Shown: in pieces, positions 50,938 through 64,000 of the stretch
Layout of the letters: each line of letters opens with the position of its first letter
Numbering within the stretch: the first letter of the stretch is position 1
Assembly: GCA_012295275.1 (NCBI GenBank)
Contig: CM022675.1
Location: 10,292,001-10,356,000 of the forward strand
From: Chrysomallon squamiferum
Lineage: Eukaryota; Animalia; Mollusca
Direction of reading: 5' to 3'
Length of the DNA stretch: 64,000 nt
Position numbers and translations under genes: made by a program
Notes under the pieces: model-generated
Told to the model about the DNA's origin: nothing
Seen by the model: the letters and a program-made list of their open reading frames with translations, nothing else
The model's database searches: none

Positions 50938-53900
50938 GATACATACAATAACACTCTTAAGTTATCATAAGAGGCTGAATTCAAGACCAAGTGAAAAACA
51001 ATTTAGTCATTTTCTGCTTTAAATGACCATTTTTATCTACTTATGTCTATTTAAACCAAACATATATTACATTCTACTACTTTATTGTTATGTTAACACA
51101 AGCAAATATGTATTTTCAGGTTTATCTAATGGAAATGCAGATACAGACAGATGAAATGGTATGACTGCATGAGGAGCAGACTGTAAACTAATAACAGCAA
51201 TATATCTAAGGAATTATGGATGATGATGGCAGGAACAATCTTGTCTAGGATAATTTTTCCCTTTCCAACCACTGTACAAAAACTGTAAGTGTTCTCCCAA
51301 CTAGTGAATGCCAGGTAAAATTATTTTGCTGAACAACTGGTAAAATTATCTTGTACTAATTATCAGGTATAAGGAATAAAGAACATAAAATAAATAATAT
51401 TAAAGATTCATTCATAAATCGTAGGTGTACCTGTTCCACATGCAGCTCAACATCTTCCTGTGAACATGATTCAATTTTCTTTGGCACTGTTCTGACAAAC
51501 CCCTCCACATCAATAATAGATTCTTTGGAAATTCTGAAAAACACAGAAATAAAAGTTCTTTCTTTAAAAACTATTTTTGAACGAAAACTTGATCTTCGGA
51601 GGGTGAAACAGACAACAGACTGGCAGGAAATATTAAAACAATTCTTAAAAATCAACAGAAACTAAAAGGGCCATTTTCATTTGTTCTCATTAAAGAATGG
51701 CTGAAAGGTTTTGAGTTCAAGAGGCATTTTTGTGAAAACTGTTTTCACATCAACACAATGCCATTTTTAGAAGCGGTTAGTTAATTTTTAACAGGTTAAT
51801 AAATTTCACAATTTTACAAACAACAAAACAATGGGAAATAAATTATATTTTGGTTTTTTGAAGAAGAAACAACTGTTGACGTCTTCATGAAAGAAGTTGT
51901 GACATTAACGCTTTTGAAGTAGCCTAACACAAATATCCAAGACTGATGTTCTATTAGGAATAACAATTGTTCTTTTAGGCATGTATAAAATGACTTTTTG
52001 GACTTTATGTTCAGGCAAAACAAAGAAATATATATATACTCAATGTCCCAGCTTTCCATTACAGCCAACAGAGACAGACACACACACACTGTGTGACATT
52101 TTACACTAACCAATGCTGCCAAAAAAAGCAACAAACATTACTTTTATTAAGAAGTAGGCTTTTTTCACACTTCAACACACACACAAGTTACTGTATAAAA
52201 TTCCGACTCGTCTGATTTTTGTATAGCTTTTGTCTTATCTTAAAGATGGTTGAGATGAACTTACCCAGCAACAAACTTGATCATTTGTTTACTGACTCTG
52301 TCGCCCACAGCAACAACAGCTTGAACAGTCCACTTCTGTTGTCGAATCACGAAGAAACACTGTTTACCTGTTGTAATTATACAAAATTAAACATTACTAA
52401 CTGTTGCTGTATTTACAGAAGAAAGAAATGATGCAATATTAAAGGAATATTAATATTTAAATAAAAAATAGTAGGTGACACTGGAGTTACAAATAAGAAT
52501 ACATGATATAAATAACATATTTCTCTAGCAGTAACAGGATTCTAAAAAAATATACATCAGTAGAAATAACCAACAGACAAAATAACTGAAATTCTTCTTA
52601 ACTTGTAATAAATGTAAACAATAAAAATATATTTTCAAACTAGTATAGGCATTGAGGAGTGTCCTTTAATTTCAAAACCACTGCATTTTTCTTCTCTTTT
52701 TTCTTCATGCTAGTGGATATACAATAGAACAAAAAAATATATTATTTTAAAGCAAACACAATTTGATGAATTATCTACCTTTGCTTCTACTGGTATGCAG
52801 TCTTCCTCTCACCCACACTTTCTGGTCTGCTACGGCTGGAGTGAAGGAGTTGACTTGGCACAGAATACGGTCTATCTTTTCTCTAGACTGTATCATTGGT
52901 AAAACCCCATAAAACTCTTTGGCATAGTCCTCCGTTTCCTGTTCCTGTATCGGAAATGGGTAAAATATTTAAATATATCAATTGGAGAGAATATATTATC
53001 TGCATTTTTTTTAATTATTTTTTTGGTTTGTTTTTAATAAAATATATTTTTAAAGTGATAAACAATATATCCCTTATTGGATTAAATTTAAATATCTCGT
53101 TTGATGAAAATATAATGTCATTTACGTTTTTTTTTAATAATTTCAGTGGGTTACTTTTATCAGTTTACAGGAATGAGTCTTTTTATTACACTTTCAGGAA
53201 ACTCATATTTCTAATTCCATGGGTTATTCTACATCAATTAGAAGCAAGAATCTTTTCTAAGAACCTTCCCATAGGTTGTGAAAAAATAAAAATCACAGGT
53301 CTTTGATGACATGGTTAGTAGGTACTGGCTCTGACAGGAAAAAGGCCAAAGGATGCACTAAGGAAGATGGATCAGTTTGATCTATACCTCACTCTTAGTA
53401 AATCAGTATATGAATGAAGACAAAATAATTAACTAAGTATCATTAATTAATAAGATTTAATTTGTTAATTTCGTTTAATGTTAAATTAGACATCATTCGT
53501 CCATAAATACGAATTATTTAATATAACCATTATGATTCCGTAAATTTTCGTGTGACAAGAAGATACCTTGTGTTAATTAATTTTCAACAAAATGCTAATT
53601 AATTTTTGGCTGATGCAAATTACTGTTAAAGCTTGAGTTGCTCACTGCCTGAGACTGTTGTTCTTTGTTCAGTTTGTACTGCGCTTTCTTCGCTGCCTTC
53701 TCCGCTTCTTTCTGTTGCTTCTTCAAAGCTTTCTTAGACACTGTGTCATTCTCTGGACTACAGATTAGAAACAATGAAAGAATTAAAACCAAAACTGTAA
53801 TTGCTTAAATTCTTTCCAGACTTCTTAAGACATAATTATTATCATTTTCAGTCAAGAAAAACAAAAACAATTTGAGTATATAGTTATATGCAGCTTTTCT

Positions 53901-55066
53901 TAAATGTGATACATTGGAATGGGAAAAAAAAAAATAAGAAGAAAGAAATGGCAATATATTCAAAAGGTCAATAAGAGACGAAAGCTGCTGCAGATTTAGC
54001 AACAAGAAGTATTTTTTTCACATACACCATCCCATGTCTGTGGAATTATGAACCAATTGATTAACCAATAACTGGAATGGGAAAGAGCCCAGTCAGAGCT
54101 CCGAGTCTGGAAAGAAAAGCTCCATTTGTTATATCATCATTAATTGCATTATCTAATGAGCATCACATACAGTGAAAAGTCAAATAATGGACATACAAGT
54201 TGTATATTTGTAAAATCAGTCTCTGATAATAATAATTATATGGAAATTACATGAAAAAGAATGGCAAGATGTTGGGGTTATTTTCATGACATTTCATACA
54301 AATATTTTAAAAGATAATGAATTAAATATAAAAAATTAAAAAAAACCATTCTTTATTGAACAATTATTTATTTAGTCCTGTTTATTTTCTTGTTTTTGTT
54401 ATTTCTCTCTCTCTCTGTATATTTTAGTTTATCATACTTAGTAAAGGTTATAGAAGCTTCTTAAGTATCTGCTTTAAGTATTTGTTATTAATTTTTAAAA
54501 GCTGTTATTATAAAACTAGTAATGACAGCTGCACTAACACTTGCTGTTTCCACAGTATAAGAAATTGTAAACAAATTATCTTTGACACTGATTAGTAAGT
54601 AATTGAATCTGACAACTAACTAGTTACAAAACTATTAAAAAACCCCATGACATTGGTTATATTATTTACAATTTTAGAAACAAATTATAAAATAAGTTGT
54701 ATATTTTCATCGTTTTTTAAAACTTTTTATAGATGTGTTACTATGGAAAAAAAAAAACACAGAACAAAACAAAAATAACACTGCTAGTTCCAGCAGTCAA
54801 ATCCTGAAATCTGTCCAATATCAGGATGTTGGAACTGATGTGCATCTTGTCATTTTGTATACTGCAATACTGTTGTTTTTCTTTTAATTAAAGCTTGTGA
54901 TTTCCTGTTCTTAATGGTATATTTCATGGACATGATGTCCTAGCTATAATTGTGTTAACTAATTTATTTTATTATTATGTCATATTTTATGTTACACTGA
55001 TGGATCAAAACATTTCTACAGAAGAACAGAATATTTATGAATGTTGATGTTTATCCACTAATTGAG

Positions 55067-55148
<82 letters not shown>

Positions 55149-55463
55149 TGCAGTAATATTATCGAAGAATTCTCGATCCAAAAAAGTTGTTTGTTACAAT
55201 TACAAATAAGTATACATGATATTAACTAATTATGTTACAAAAATAGATTAATGTAACAGATTATCAGTTGCTTCAGAAAACATCCGGAAATAAAAACAGC
55301 CACGTGTATTAAGTATCATGTATGTTATGTGCTGGACAGCCGATTCAGTTTCATTTATAACTGTACCTTTCGATCTATTCAGTTAGAGTTAGGGGTGTTG
55401 CAGACGAAACACATACCTTTTAGTAGTCAGAGTTCCTGTAATTTCCGCATCCACATTAGCCAT
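44891..55463 (-). CDS. DARS1: Aspartate--tRNA ligase, cytoplasmic, 534 aa
   Basis: 15 phase-consistent exons totalling 1605 nt: 55463-55417, 53757-53646, 52944-52779, 52367-52265, 51533-51431, 50715-50644, 49966-49795, 49049-48915, 48510-48363, 47928-47860, 47395-47275, 46685-46605, 46258-46147, 45584-45513, 44982-44891. Motifs: [115 protein letters not shown]. Confidence 0.98.
49052..49392. repeat. Degenerate 70-100-bp tandem repeat abutting the DARS1 exon 8 acceptor
   Basis: AAATACAACAAAC(A/G)ATTA(G/C)AAAA...AACAGATTTTT...TTACCTCCCT occurs at ~49055, 49153, 49223 and 49308. Confidence 0.85.
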
Positions 55464-55689
55464 TCTGACAAATAATTCGATCACAGTCGTCGTTCAGTGT
55501 TTACTTTCTTCTCACACGTTCTTGTGCAATCAAGTGCAACTCGCGCACACAGCACGTGCCGATCCCAGCATTCACTGCTCAACATGGACGGAGAAGGGAA
55601 GGGAAGTCTCGGGGCTCGCGCATTTCACTGTTTACGCTCGGAGAAACATATTTGTTTACCAACAAAATTGGATCACTCATGAGCTTAAG
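55464..55689. promoter_or_regulatory. Compact bidirectional promoter between DARS1 and the MSRRKQ gene
   Basis: Only 226 bp separate the divergent ATGs. The stretch is CpG-rich, with a CACGTG E-box at ~55553 and two TCGCGCA motifs. Confidence 0.6.
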
Positions 55690-55729
55690 ATGTCCAGAAG
55701 AAAACAGATCAAGCCCCAGCATATATCCA
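55690..55729 (+). CDS. First coding exon of an MSRRKQ-motif C2H2 zinc-finger transcriptional repressor (BCL11/Spalt/ZNF423/FOG class); rest not identified in window
   Basis: AAG-ATG context, MSRRKQIKPQHIS, then a phase-1 GTGAGT donor. It matches the N-terminal NuRD/RBBP4-binding motif (BCL11A MSRRKQGKPQHLS, SALL1 MSRRKQAKPQHF). Confidence 0.8.
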
Positions 55730-56581
55730 GTGAGTGTCATTAAGTGTTTTAGTATTTACTGTTTGGTATCGTTAGTTTATGCAACTGGGGCGTGAACGTT
55801 CTCTATGCACGTTCGCTATTACGCGTGCGCGTGACCAGTTCGTGACATTAATATGAACGTGCTTCATAGAATAACCGAAATACATTTCACCGCTTAAAAA
55901 ATTTGGGTTTTTTATATTACATGTATGATTCTTTTGCTTGATCAATGCGGCGTTTGAAACATGTTTTTTTACATGTGCAGTAACTGACTGCAAGCTACAT
56001 GCTGTGCTCGGCACGCAACCTGGGCTAGCCTGTTCGGGCAGGCTTATCAAGAGCCATTCGCTACACGGCTGATTGCGTGCATTAAACAGTACGTGCTTTC
56101 CAGGTCATTTGCAAGGTTTTCAGTTTGCAAACAGGCCTATGTTTCACCGTTAAGCGAGTCGAATGGCAAACCTAGTAAGAAATTGAACCAGGCTTGGAAT
56201 TGGCGCCTCTGCCTCATTCTCAAATATAGTTTACCGTGATTACTTGTACAGGTTGTGCATTCAACCACTTGTTGGGCAGTGCGTTAAAAATGATTGACAC
56301 TTCCATTGTGGTTATGTATAGTTAATGTATTGTTGATGGATGACATAGTGATTAAGTTTTCAGAAGATGAAATTAGTCTTTAGATGCAGTAGACTTTTTA
56401 TTAATTTTAACATTCCTGAAAAGATCAGAGAATTTTTGTTTTTGCTGAGTCAGCTAATTTATAAATTTAGAATGAAATTATTATTACTATTATTGTCTTT
56501 TAATAGATATATCATTAAATTATTGCCTATTCCAACAATGGAATCAAAGATAGATAGGATGGATACATGGATTTTTGTTTT

Positions 56582-56621
<40 letters not shown>

Positions 56622-58444
56622 TATATATATGGCAAATCATTTCTGCATTTGTGTGTTCAAAACTTTAAATGACATTTAATAGTAGCTGATATAAAATGGG
56701 TTTTTGGGCAGTTATACAAAAATGTTATTTAACAACAGCTGTTTGCGACATTAATTTATTTAATTAATTTATTTAGTGATTTTACAAATGGTGTATTGAC
56801 ATTCAAATGCAGCTAAATTATTTAATCAGCTATACTTTCATTGTTAACTAATAAAAAAAACTCATGATTCGTACATCTTCTTAGTTGTTCATCTGTCATT
56901 TAAGGCTGTACATTAAGGTGGAAAAAACAAAAATCAGTATTAATAATAAAACCCCAGCAAAACACAATTATTTATAAATTAATCATTTAAACTACAACAT
57001 TCTGAACGTAGTTTCATAGATAGTGTAGACTAGATTATTATCATCTGCAACCCTGTTAAGTTTATTAAATACATTTTAAACATAGCCTTTGATGGTACTG
57101 ATTTTAATGAACAATGAATATTTAGTAATTACTGAAAATGTGTTGGAAAATGTGTTAAACATGAATTTATTTGTTATAATGCAGACAGTTAGATTAAAAC
57201 CTAGGATGGACATTCCTTATTTACAGTCGCATCATGTTTTAAATTTTCTAAGGTATTCTTATCAAACAGTTAATAATCTAACATTGTTATACATCAGTCT
57301 TTCTATATTCTAAAGTGGTCACCTGTCATATTGTTAATATTCTGTATATTTCACCATAATCATGTCATAGCAATAGCATGTCTTCATTAGTCTACAGTAC
57401 AACATCATATTTTATTCTAAAGTAGCAAAATAATTATATTTTCAATACACTATAATGGTTATATGACGATATTTTATTTCCTTTTGGTTACAAAATGTGT
57501 TTACAAGAATAAACTAAAATAACTTTGAATGGCCATCAACATAAAACTTATCATAAAAATTATTAAGCTTAAATAATTTCATGGTAAATGTAAGCCACGA
57601 TAAAGCCTAGTATGTTAAAATGGATGAAAGAACATTTTTGGTATGCATGTTGATTTTTAATTTTTTTTTTTATAAATATCAGCTGTTATATATTTGTATT
57701 GGATGTGTAAATGTTTGAACACTATCCATCTGATATAAGTATGCATGTAATCTGCAAATGAATTTAAATAACTTTATTTATATTTTTTAAATCATTAGAA
57801 CTATTTTTAGGACAGGATAAACTTCCATTTATTTGTCCCTCACATGCTAGGACATTGTCCTTTAGATTACAAACTGTAAAGGTGGTATGTATTTCCAGTT
57901 TATGCTGACAGATCAGTGATAGAAAATACACCTGTGCTGGAAACCAGATTTCTATAATTAATGAAACGGAAGATACATTTTTATGTAATGTTTGTGTTAA
58001 CAGGTGTTCTTGTTTTTTTTTTTTAAATATAATTTTCAAGAATTGTTGTTGTTTCAAAGACATTCTCATCCCTTGAGTATTACTGTATTTTAACCAGTGT
58101 ATTAACAAAATATTTCTGGATTTTCCAGTTTTCTGGTACCAAGGTATCTAAATACATAAATAATTAGGCATACACATTTTAAAATTAAAAACATAAAGAA
58201 AATTGACTATCACAACTGTGGTGACTCGACACGTAAACAATGCAGCGAGTGAATGAAAGCCACGAGGCTTGAAAGAGTAGTTCCAGTCTGGTGAGGACCA
58301 TACCCGTACCTGCATGAACTATGAAAATAACGTTGTGGAAAAAGACTTCCAGTTTTCTGGTCTTTCCAGATTTCAGGATGCCAGATAACTGGTCCGGGAC
58401 TTGTATCTTGATTTTCAAGCCCTTACTCATTTCAGAATTGTATC

Positions 58445-58939
58445 CTAAATGTTTTACCAATGGGAGGTTTGTAGACAAAATAGGTTTTTAATTAGCCTGT
58501 TAAAACAACTTATAAAGTATTTGTTAAACATATGGCTTAAGGTCTGGCAATGAAATGATAGTGCACTTATCTCAGTCTTGTTATACTGTGGGTTCACTGG
58601 CCAGTGGTGAGTTCTAGGGTATTTCCTGTTATTGCCAGCCTTGTGACGTCTGTACTGAACATTCAAAGGTCTTCATAGGACAGCTTCCTAGTTGTTACAA
58701 CATATCTTTACAAAACAAAAACAACAGCAGATGAGTAAAATACACATAATTTTACTGCTAGTTTGCTTTATTTAATTTTTTTGTAGACTGGAAACAAAAT
58801 TCTTAAAATAAAGAAAACAGGACTGCCTAAATAAACCATCATAATGCGCTAAATTATACCTGATTAAAAAAAAAATTGATACAACCTATGACTTTATGGG
58901 CTTTTTGTACAGACGAGTAAATATTTTATTTTGATTTAT
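58445..58939 (-). repeat. Dispersed ~500-bp repeat, copy 2 (inverted relative to 25565-26071)
   Basis: Its reverse complement aligns with copy 1, with only scattered substitutions and short indels. Confidence 0.92.
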
Positions 58940-60651
58940 AATTTTAATTATAAATGGTAAAGCACAAATTTTTTTTTTTTTAAAGCTTGGTTAATAAAAC
59001 TAAATGTCAAACATTTTCTTTTTAAATCTATATTATGATGACATCTGAAAGGAAGAAAGGGGACAGTGGAATCTGCCATCTGATTTCGGAGCATATTTTT
59101 TTTTTCCCCTTTAAACCATTTTAAATTAATTTCATACACTAATGTGAATATATACAATAGTAATACTGCTGTAACTGACTCGGTGATTAGCAGAAAATGA
59201 TCCTTTATCCACCCTCTGTCCATGGCTACACAAGCAACAAGTGACAATAAACCAACTGTGGAATAGCGTTGAAACGGAGAGAAGGTAAATTCTGCTGTGG
59301 AATTAGTGAGCGCTCATCCAGCACTCTGTCACAATTCTCAGCAATATTCCAGCCACAGAACTGAACTGCAACCCACTCTTGAATTACTACCACAGCAGTA
59401 ACCATTTTATTGATCAGAGACCGAAACCGACTAATTCATTAAACAGAATTTGCTGTGATAAAGATTCTCTTCATTGGTAATCATCATGCTTCTTGTTAAT
59501 AAACGAAAATAATTATTTTAAAAAATATATTTGTAAAAATCACAAGCTTGTCCACATTGTTTGGTGTTGCTAAAGGAGGACATGGAGAACCACTGTTAAA
59601 GCTTGTAACAGATTACTTCTAGTCACATGATTTGCGACAGTTCGTGTACTGGTGTGTTTGAAACATAATATACCTACGAGAATGCAGCAACTATTGTACT
59701 GGAGTTTTCATTAGTCATGTGTTCTCGCTTTTTATTTATTTGGTTTCAGAAATATTTCAGTTTACACATGAATTAGTTTTCATTTGTAATGTATTTTCAG
59801 TGAAATTTTCATTCTCACATTAAATGAAATGTGCTCATTTACACACCCGTTGGATTTTACTTTCTAACTTAAATGTTCATATATTTGTTTTGAAATGTGT
59901 GTATTCTCAGTACTTCCATTTATTCTTTTTTGCAAAACTTGTTTATTTACAGAGAATAAGATTGTTTTTGTTTTCATAGGGTTTTTTGTAACATGACAAA
60001 TTCTGTTACAAACATTCACAAATTTACATTACAGAAATACTAATATTTGTTGATGAAATTTCAGAAAACCACAAAAACAATAAAATTTTTCGATAATATG
60101 CACTATTTTCAAAATATGAAAAGCAGTTTTTATCACCACCAGTGACATTTGAAAAAGTTAAAGAAAAAGAGAAAAACAATTAATAAAAAAAAATGATATC
60201 TTTTAATGCTGGTATCTTAAATAAAAATAAAGAAATAACCAATATCTTGAATTTTTTTATTTTTTTTATTTTTTTTTTATTTATTTTTTTTTTTTTCTCT
60301 CTCCCACCAGACAGTCTTATCCGAGATTCGTGTTTGTCTGTTGCATTTTGCTAGTACCGAAATAGCGTGCACGCATTCCCACGGAGTGGAAAATCAATAA
60401 TGGTTGTATAGAAGACAGTTTGAGCTTGGCTGCTCGCGCAGGCAATGGCTCGACTGGATGTCAAAACTGTGGACACGCGGTTTGCAGTGCGAGCACATAA
60501 TTTTGCCCTCAGCAAACATGTTTAGTAAAAAAATTGTTAAGGCCAATCGAATATAGCTTAATGATCAGAGTTTGTGTCATTTTATAAATTTTGCATTCAA
60601 CAACTTCACGTGTAATTGTATCTGTGTATATTCTAATATATACTCACCCTG

Positions 60652-60716
<65 letters not shown>

Positions 60717-60847
60717 AACAGTGAAACAGTGAGTTAATTTCCATCACTGATTATGGTTTAAATGCTATAAATTTAGTATTACTGATATCAGCTGTTTTCA
60801 TTTCAGTGTTAATCTTTTATTAAAATTGGTTTTTCTATTTTAGAATA

Positions 60848-60881
<34 letters not shown>

Positions 60882-62314
60882 CAATTTCCTTTAGGACTTC
60901 TAAAACAATTAGCAGGATGCATGGATTGGATTGAAGTGTGTATCTATATTGAATCTTGACATTAGTACACAAATATACTCTTTTATGAACTTGGGTTTAT
61001 TCAGTTTAAATGTTTTCATTGTCACACGGTTATTAATGAGTTTTATTTAATTTTTATTATTGTTGACAAACTTGATAACAGAATATATTTATGGAAGGTG
61101 ATTCTCTTTCTCTCTATGTCTTGTCTTGTCTGTTTTCTCTCTTTCCATCTTTTTTTAAATTTAGTTTTGATCTCTCTCTCTCTTTCTCTCTCTCTCTCTG
61201 GTTTGTCACATTTCAGACAACTTTTCTTGTGTACATATTAAAATTACTTGATTTTATTTAATAACAGATCATATTTAAAGATTGTAACTGCTAAATATTT
61301 ACACTGCTTCTAGAACATGTCTTCTCCAGAATTATTCTAAAATAAAAATCATTTATTAGTGTGTTTGAAATAACTGATAGATCTTCATATGAACATTTAA
61401 TTAAATAAGTGTGGTACGTCAGTGACAGTATTAAAGGTGCTGTGCGTTATTGGAATGTTTTTGTAATGAAGAAATGGTGATAATATGAAAGTGTTTTCTT
61501 TTTCACTTAATACCAAAACAGATGTGATTTTATCAAAGATAACAGCTTTACAGTTACAGACCTTCATAAACTTTTATATTTGAAGAGTTAAATTTATTAT
61601 TGAAATATTTCCATCTCAGTAAAAGAATTTTAATGTGAAGATTTAAGTAAAATGCTTTGCCAATGCATTTATGTTTTGGGGTTTGTTTAGTTGGCTTTTT
61701 AAATATTTGTTTAAAGAGAACTAGTGAACTATAGAATTTCTAAATAAAGTACCTAAGTTAATGTTATGTTTTACAATGGTTAATTGCACTTTTTAAAAGT
61801 TTTTTTTTATAATAATAATAATAATAATGCATGGCATTAATAAATATTAATATACCAATAATAAATGGAAATATGGTTTGTAAATCACATATATTCTCTG
61901 GTCAAACTGGGTAGGTTTCACTATTTTTGAAACGGACCCTGTTTCGGTAATGGTGCTTTAAATTTTTCACAGTTTTAACGTTTAACTTGGTTGCTCATCA
62001 TAATGGCCGACTGGTGTATTCTAACTCACGTGGTTGTGTGTGTGCATAGACTACAAATTACTGCAGCTACGTCATGCCGCGACCTAACTCGCCAAGTGTT
62101 GGCGAGGTTAATTGTTCATTCTAGGTGTGCATGTTGAGGCATGCATGTGTAAATGAAAAGAACAGTGTCGTGTTATTTACACTCTCCCGTGACAGGTCTG
62201 AAAAGATTTTGTTGAAGAATTGTCTTGTTAAATCGCAGAGATAAAATAAAATGTGCGCGCACACACACACACATTCGTGTATATATATATATATCAGTTA
62301 TTGGTGTTATTAAA

Positions 62315-62368
<54 letters not shown>

Positions 62369-64000
62369 ATAGATATGGATATAGATTTTGAAGTCAAATT
62401 ATCTAATTTAAAAAAATAATAATATTATTAATAACCAACTTTAAAAAAAAAGGAGAAAAAAATCTTTGTTTACAGAGATATAATGCTATTTTTGTTTGTT
62501 GGTTTATTTTTTGTTTCTAAACTTAACTGACAGTTTAAATCTTTATCAAATACTTCTGCAACTAGCATTTTGCATTTAATTTTTCATTCTGAGCTCATTT
62601 TATTATTTTTTTTTTTTTAAATTTCCTTTGTTTAATTAGGCCATTACACTTTCATTAAGCATACTTCAATAAAGCTTTCATGATTGTGGCTATCTATCCA
62701 CATATATTTGTTTCTAATTATTAAACTATTATTTTTATAGCTTGTGTATCACAGGTAACGGACATTTTGCATTATTTATTGATTTAAAACGAATAAATAT
62801 ATTGATTGATTTATTTATTATTATTATATTTACTGCCAGGTAACACTGACAAAAAAACACAACACACATATTTTTTTAATTACTATAAAAGACAAACTGT
62901 AACGAGAATAGAAGTGTTTGTCTGTGCTGCTGCTGCTGTTGTTGTTGTGACATGCACGGGAGGTCCCTGTGAAAGGTGGTGACGTGACCAGTGTACTGTG
63001 TAGTGAGCGTGCACAGCAAACACAGATACTGTTCCCAGGGAATAACCTGTTTACACGACACATTCCAAGTCATACAATATGGACAGTTTTGTCGGGTCGC
63101 ATTCAGAAATAAAAACACCTTTTCACATTCTGTCTCGGCCTCCTCTGCTCACTCGAATGAAATCGAGAGAAAAAAATAAAATCAACTCGGGGTGGGGGAA
63201 TGTTTATGACAGAATCCATTTTCCAGCTTGAGTGTTATGATAGTGCCAGTAAAAAAAATAAAAATAAAAAAATATATATATAAATAAATAAATGACAAAA
63301 CTGTTGTTGATGTTTTTGTTTCATAAATATTTAAAATATTACTGTCATGTTCTTGATGTAGTTCTGTTGTTATTGTTTATTAGATCTATGTTTTTTTTTT
63401 TTTTTTTAAAAGGCTCTAAATTAAAGCGTGTCTTTGTGTGATTATTTTTATTAATTTTTTTAAAGTTTTTTAAATGTTTATGGTTCTTTTATTTAGATTA
63501 TTTTTTAAAGTTTTTTTTCAATTTATTTTTTTTTATTATTTTTTAAATTTTGAGTGGATGTTTTTATTTTTTTTTTAATATATTTTTTAAATACTGGTAA
63601 ATTCTGTGATCAGTGTCATCATTTCCAGTTTTCGAAATGATGATGGTGATTATTCTTTTTAAGTTTTGAACGTAAAATCCTTTGGTTTAAAAATAGTGGC
63701 ATACATATTCTATTTATACATTTATAATTTTTATATAGATACATTTAAAAAAAACAAAAAACATGTAAAGCTCTACTAATACATGATATTTCAGTTACAA
63801 TGGTAGCATGTTTTTCTCATTCTGCCAAAACAATCTGCTAATTTTTACATAATGCATTGAAGTATCAGTGTCTAAAACATGTTAAATTATTGGAATTTTA
63901 AAATAAAACTACATTACCAACAAAAAAAAATAAAAAATATATATATATATATATATTTATCAAATTAATTAAACGGTAATACATTTTTCATAAAATTTAA

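Noticed and set aside
53646-53757. Lys-rich N-terminal extension of DARS1 as a novelty
   Set aside because: SKxxLKK is a known RNA-binding extension of eukaryotic class IIb synthetases.
34225-55463. Functional 'aspartate' cluster (aspartyl aminopeptidase next to aspartyl-tRNA synthetase)
   Set aside because: The genes are convergent with separate promoters. Nothing beyond the names suggests co-regulation, and synteny evidence would be needed.
63616-63643. 10-bp hairpin TCATCATTTC/GAAATGATGA
   Set aside because: It is too short for a pre-miRNA and plausible by chance in 64 kb of AT-rich DNA.

Overview
AT-rich, intron-rich eukaryotic animal DNA, dense in microsatellites. Degenerate SINE-like fragments tentatively suggest a mollusc. 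Most ORF-track entries are microsatellite or low-complexity artefacts, so I rebuilt the real genes exon by exon from GT/AG boundaries and phase. Left to right: a decayed type IV collagen pseudogene fragment (-, Gly-X-Y end plus NC1 exons); a damaged secreted EGF-repeat gene (-) with a 2.2-kb hAT transposon relic (15-bp TIRs) in an intron; an orphan promoter-like patch; HIBADH (-); head-to-head DNPEP (+, 14 exons, 471 aa); tail-to-tail DARS1 (-, 15 exons, 534 aa); and, 226 bp from the DARS1 ATG, exon 1 of an MSRRKQ-motif (NuRD-recruiting) zinc-finger repressor (+) whose remainder lies mostly or wholly beyond the window. HIBADH is the most interesting locus. A splice donor overlapping its stop codon can join a 13-nt terminal exon that adds the peroxisomal signal SKL to an otherwise mitochondrial enzyme. 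It also has an in-frame TGA exactly at a conserved Cys codon and a tandemly amplified, partly mis-assembled last coding exon. Across genes, tandem repeats repeatedly start exactly at splice junctions, and a ~500-bp inverted repeat pair brackets the 32-kb housekeeping block.
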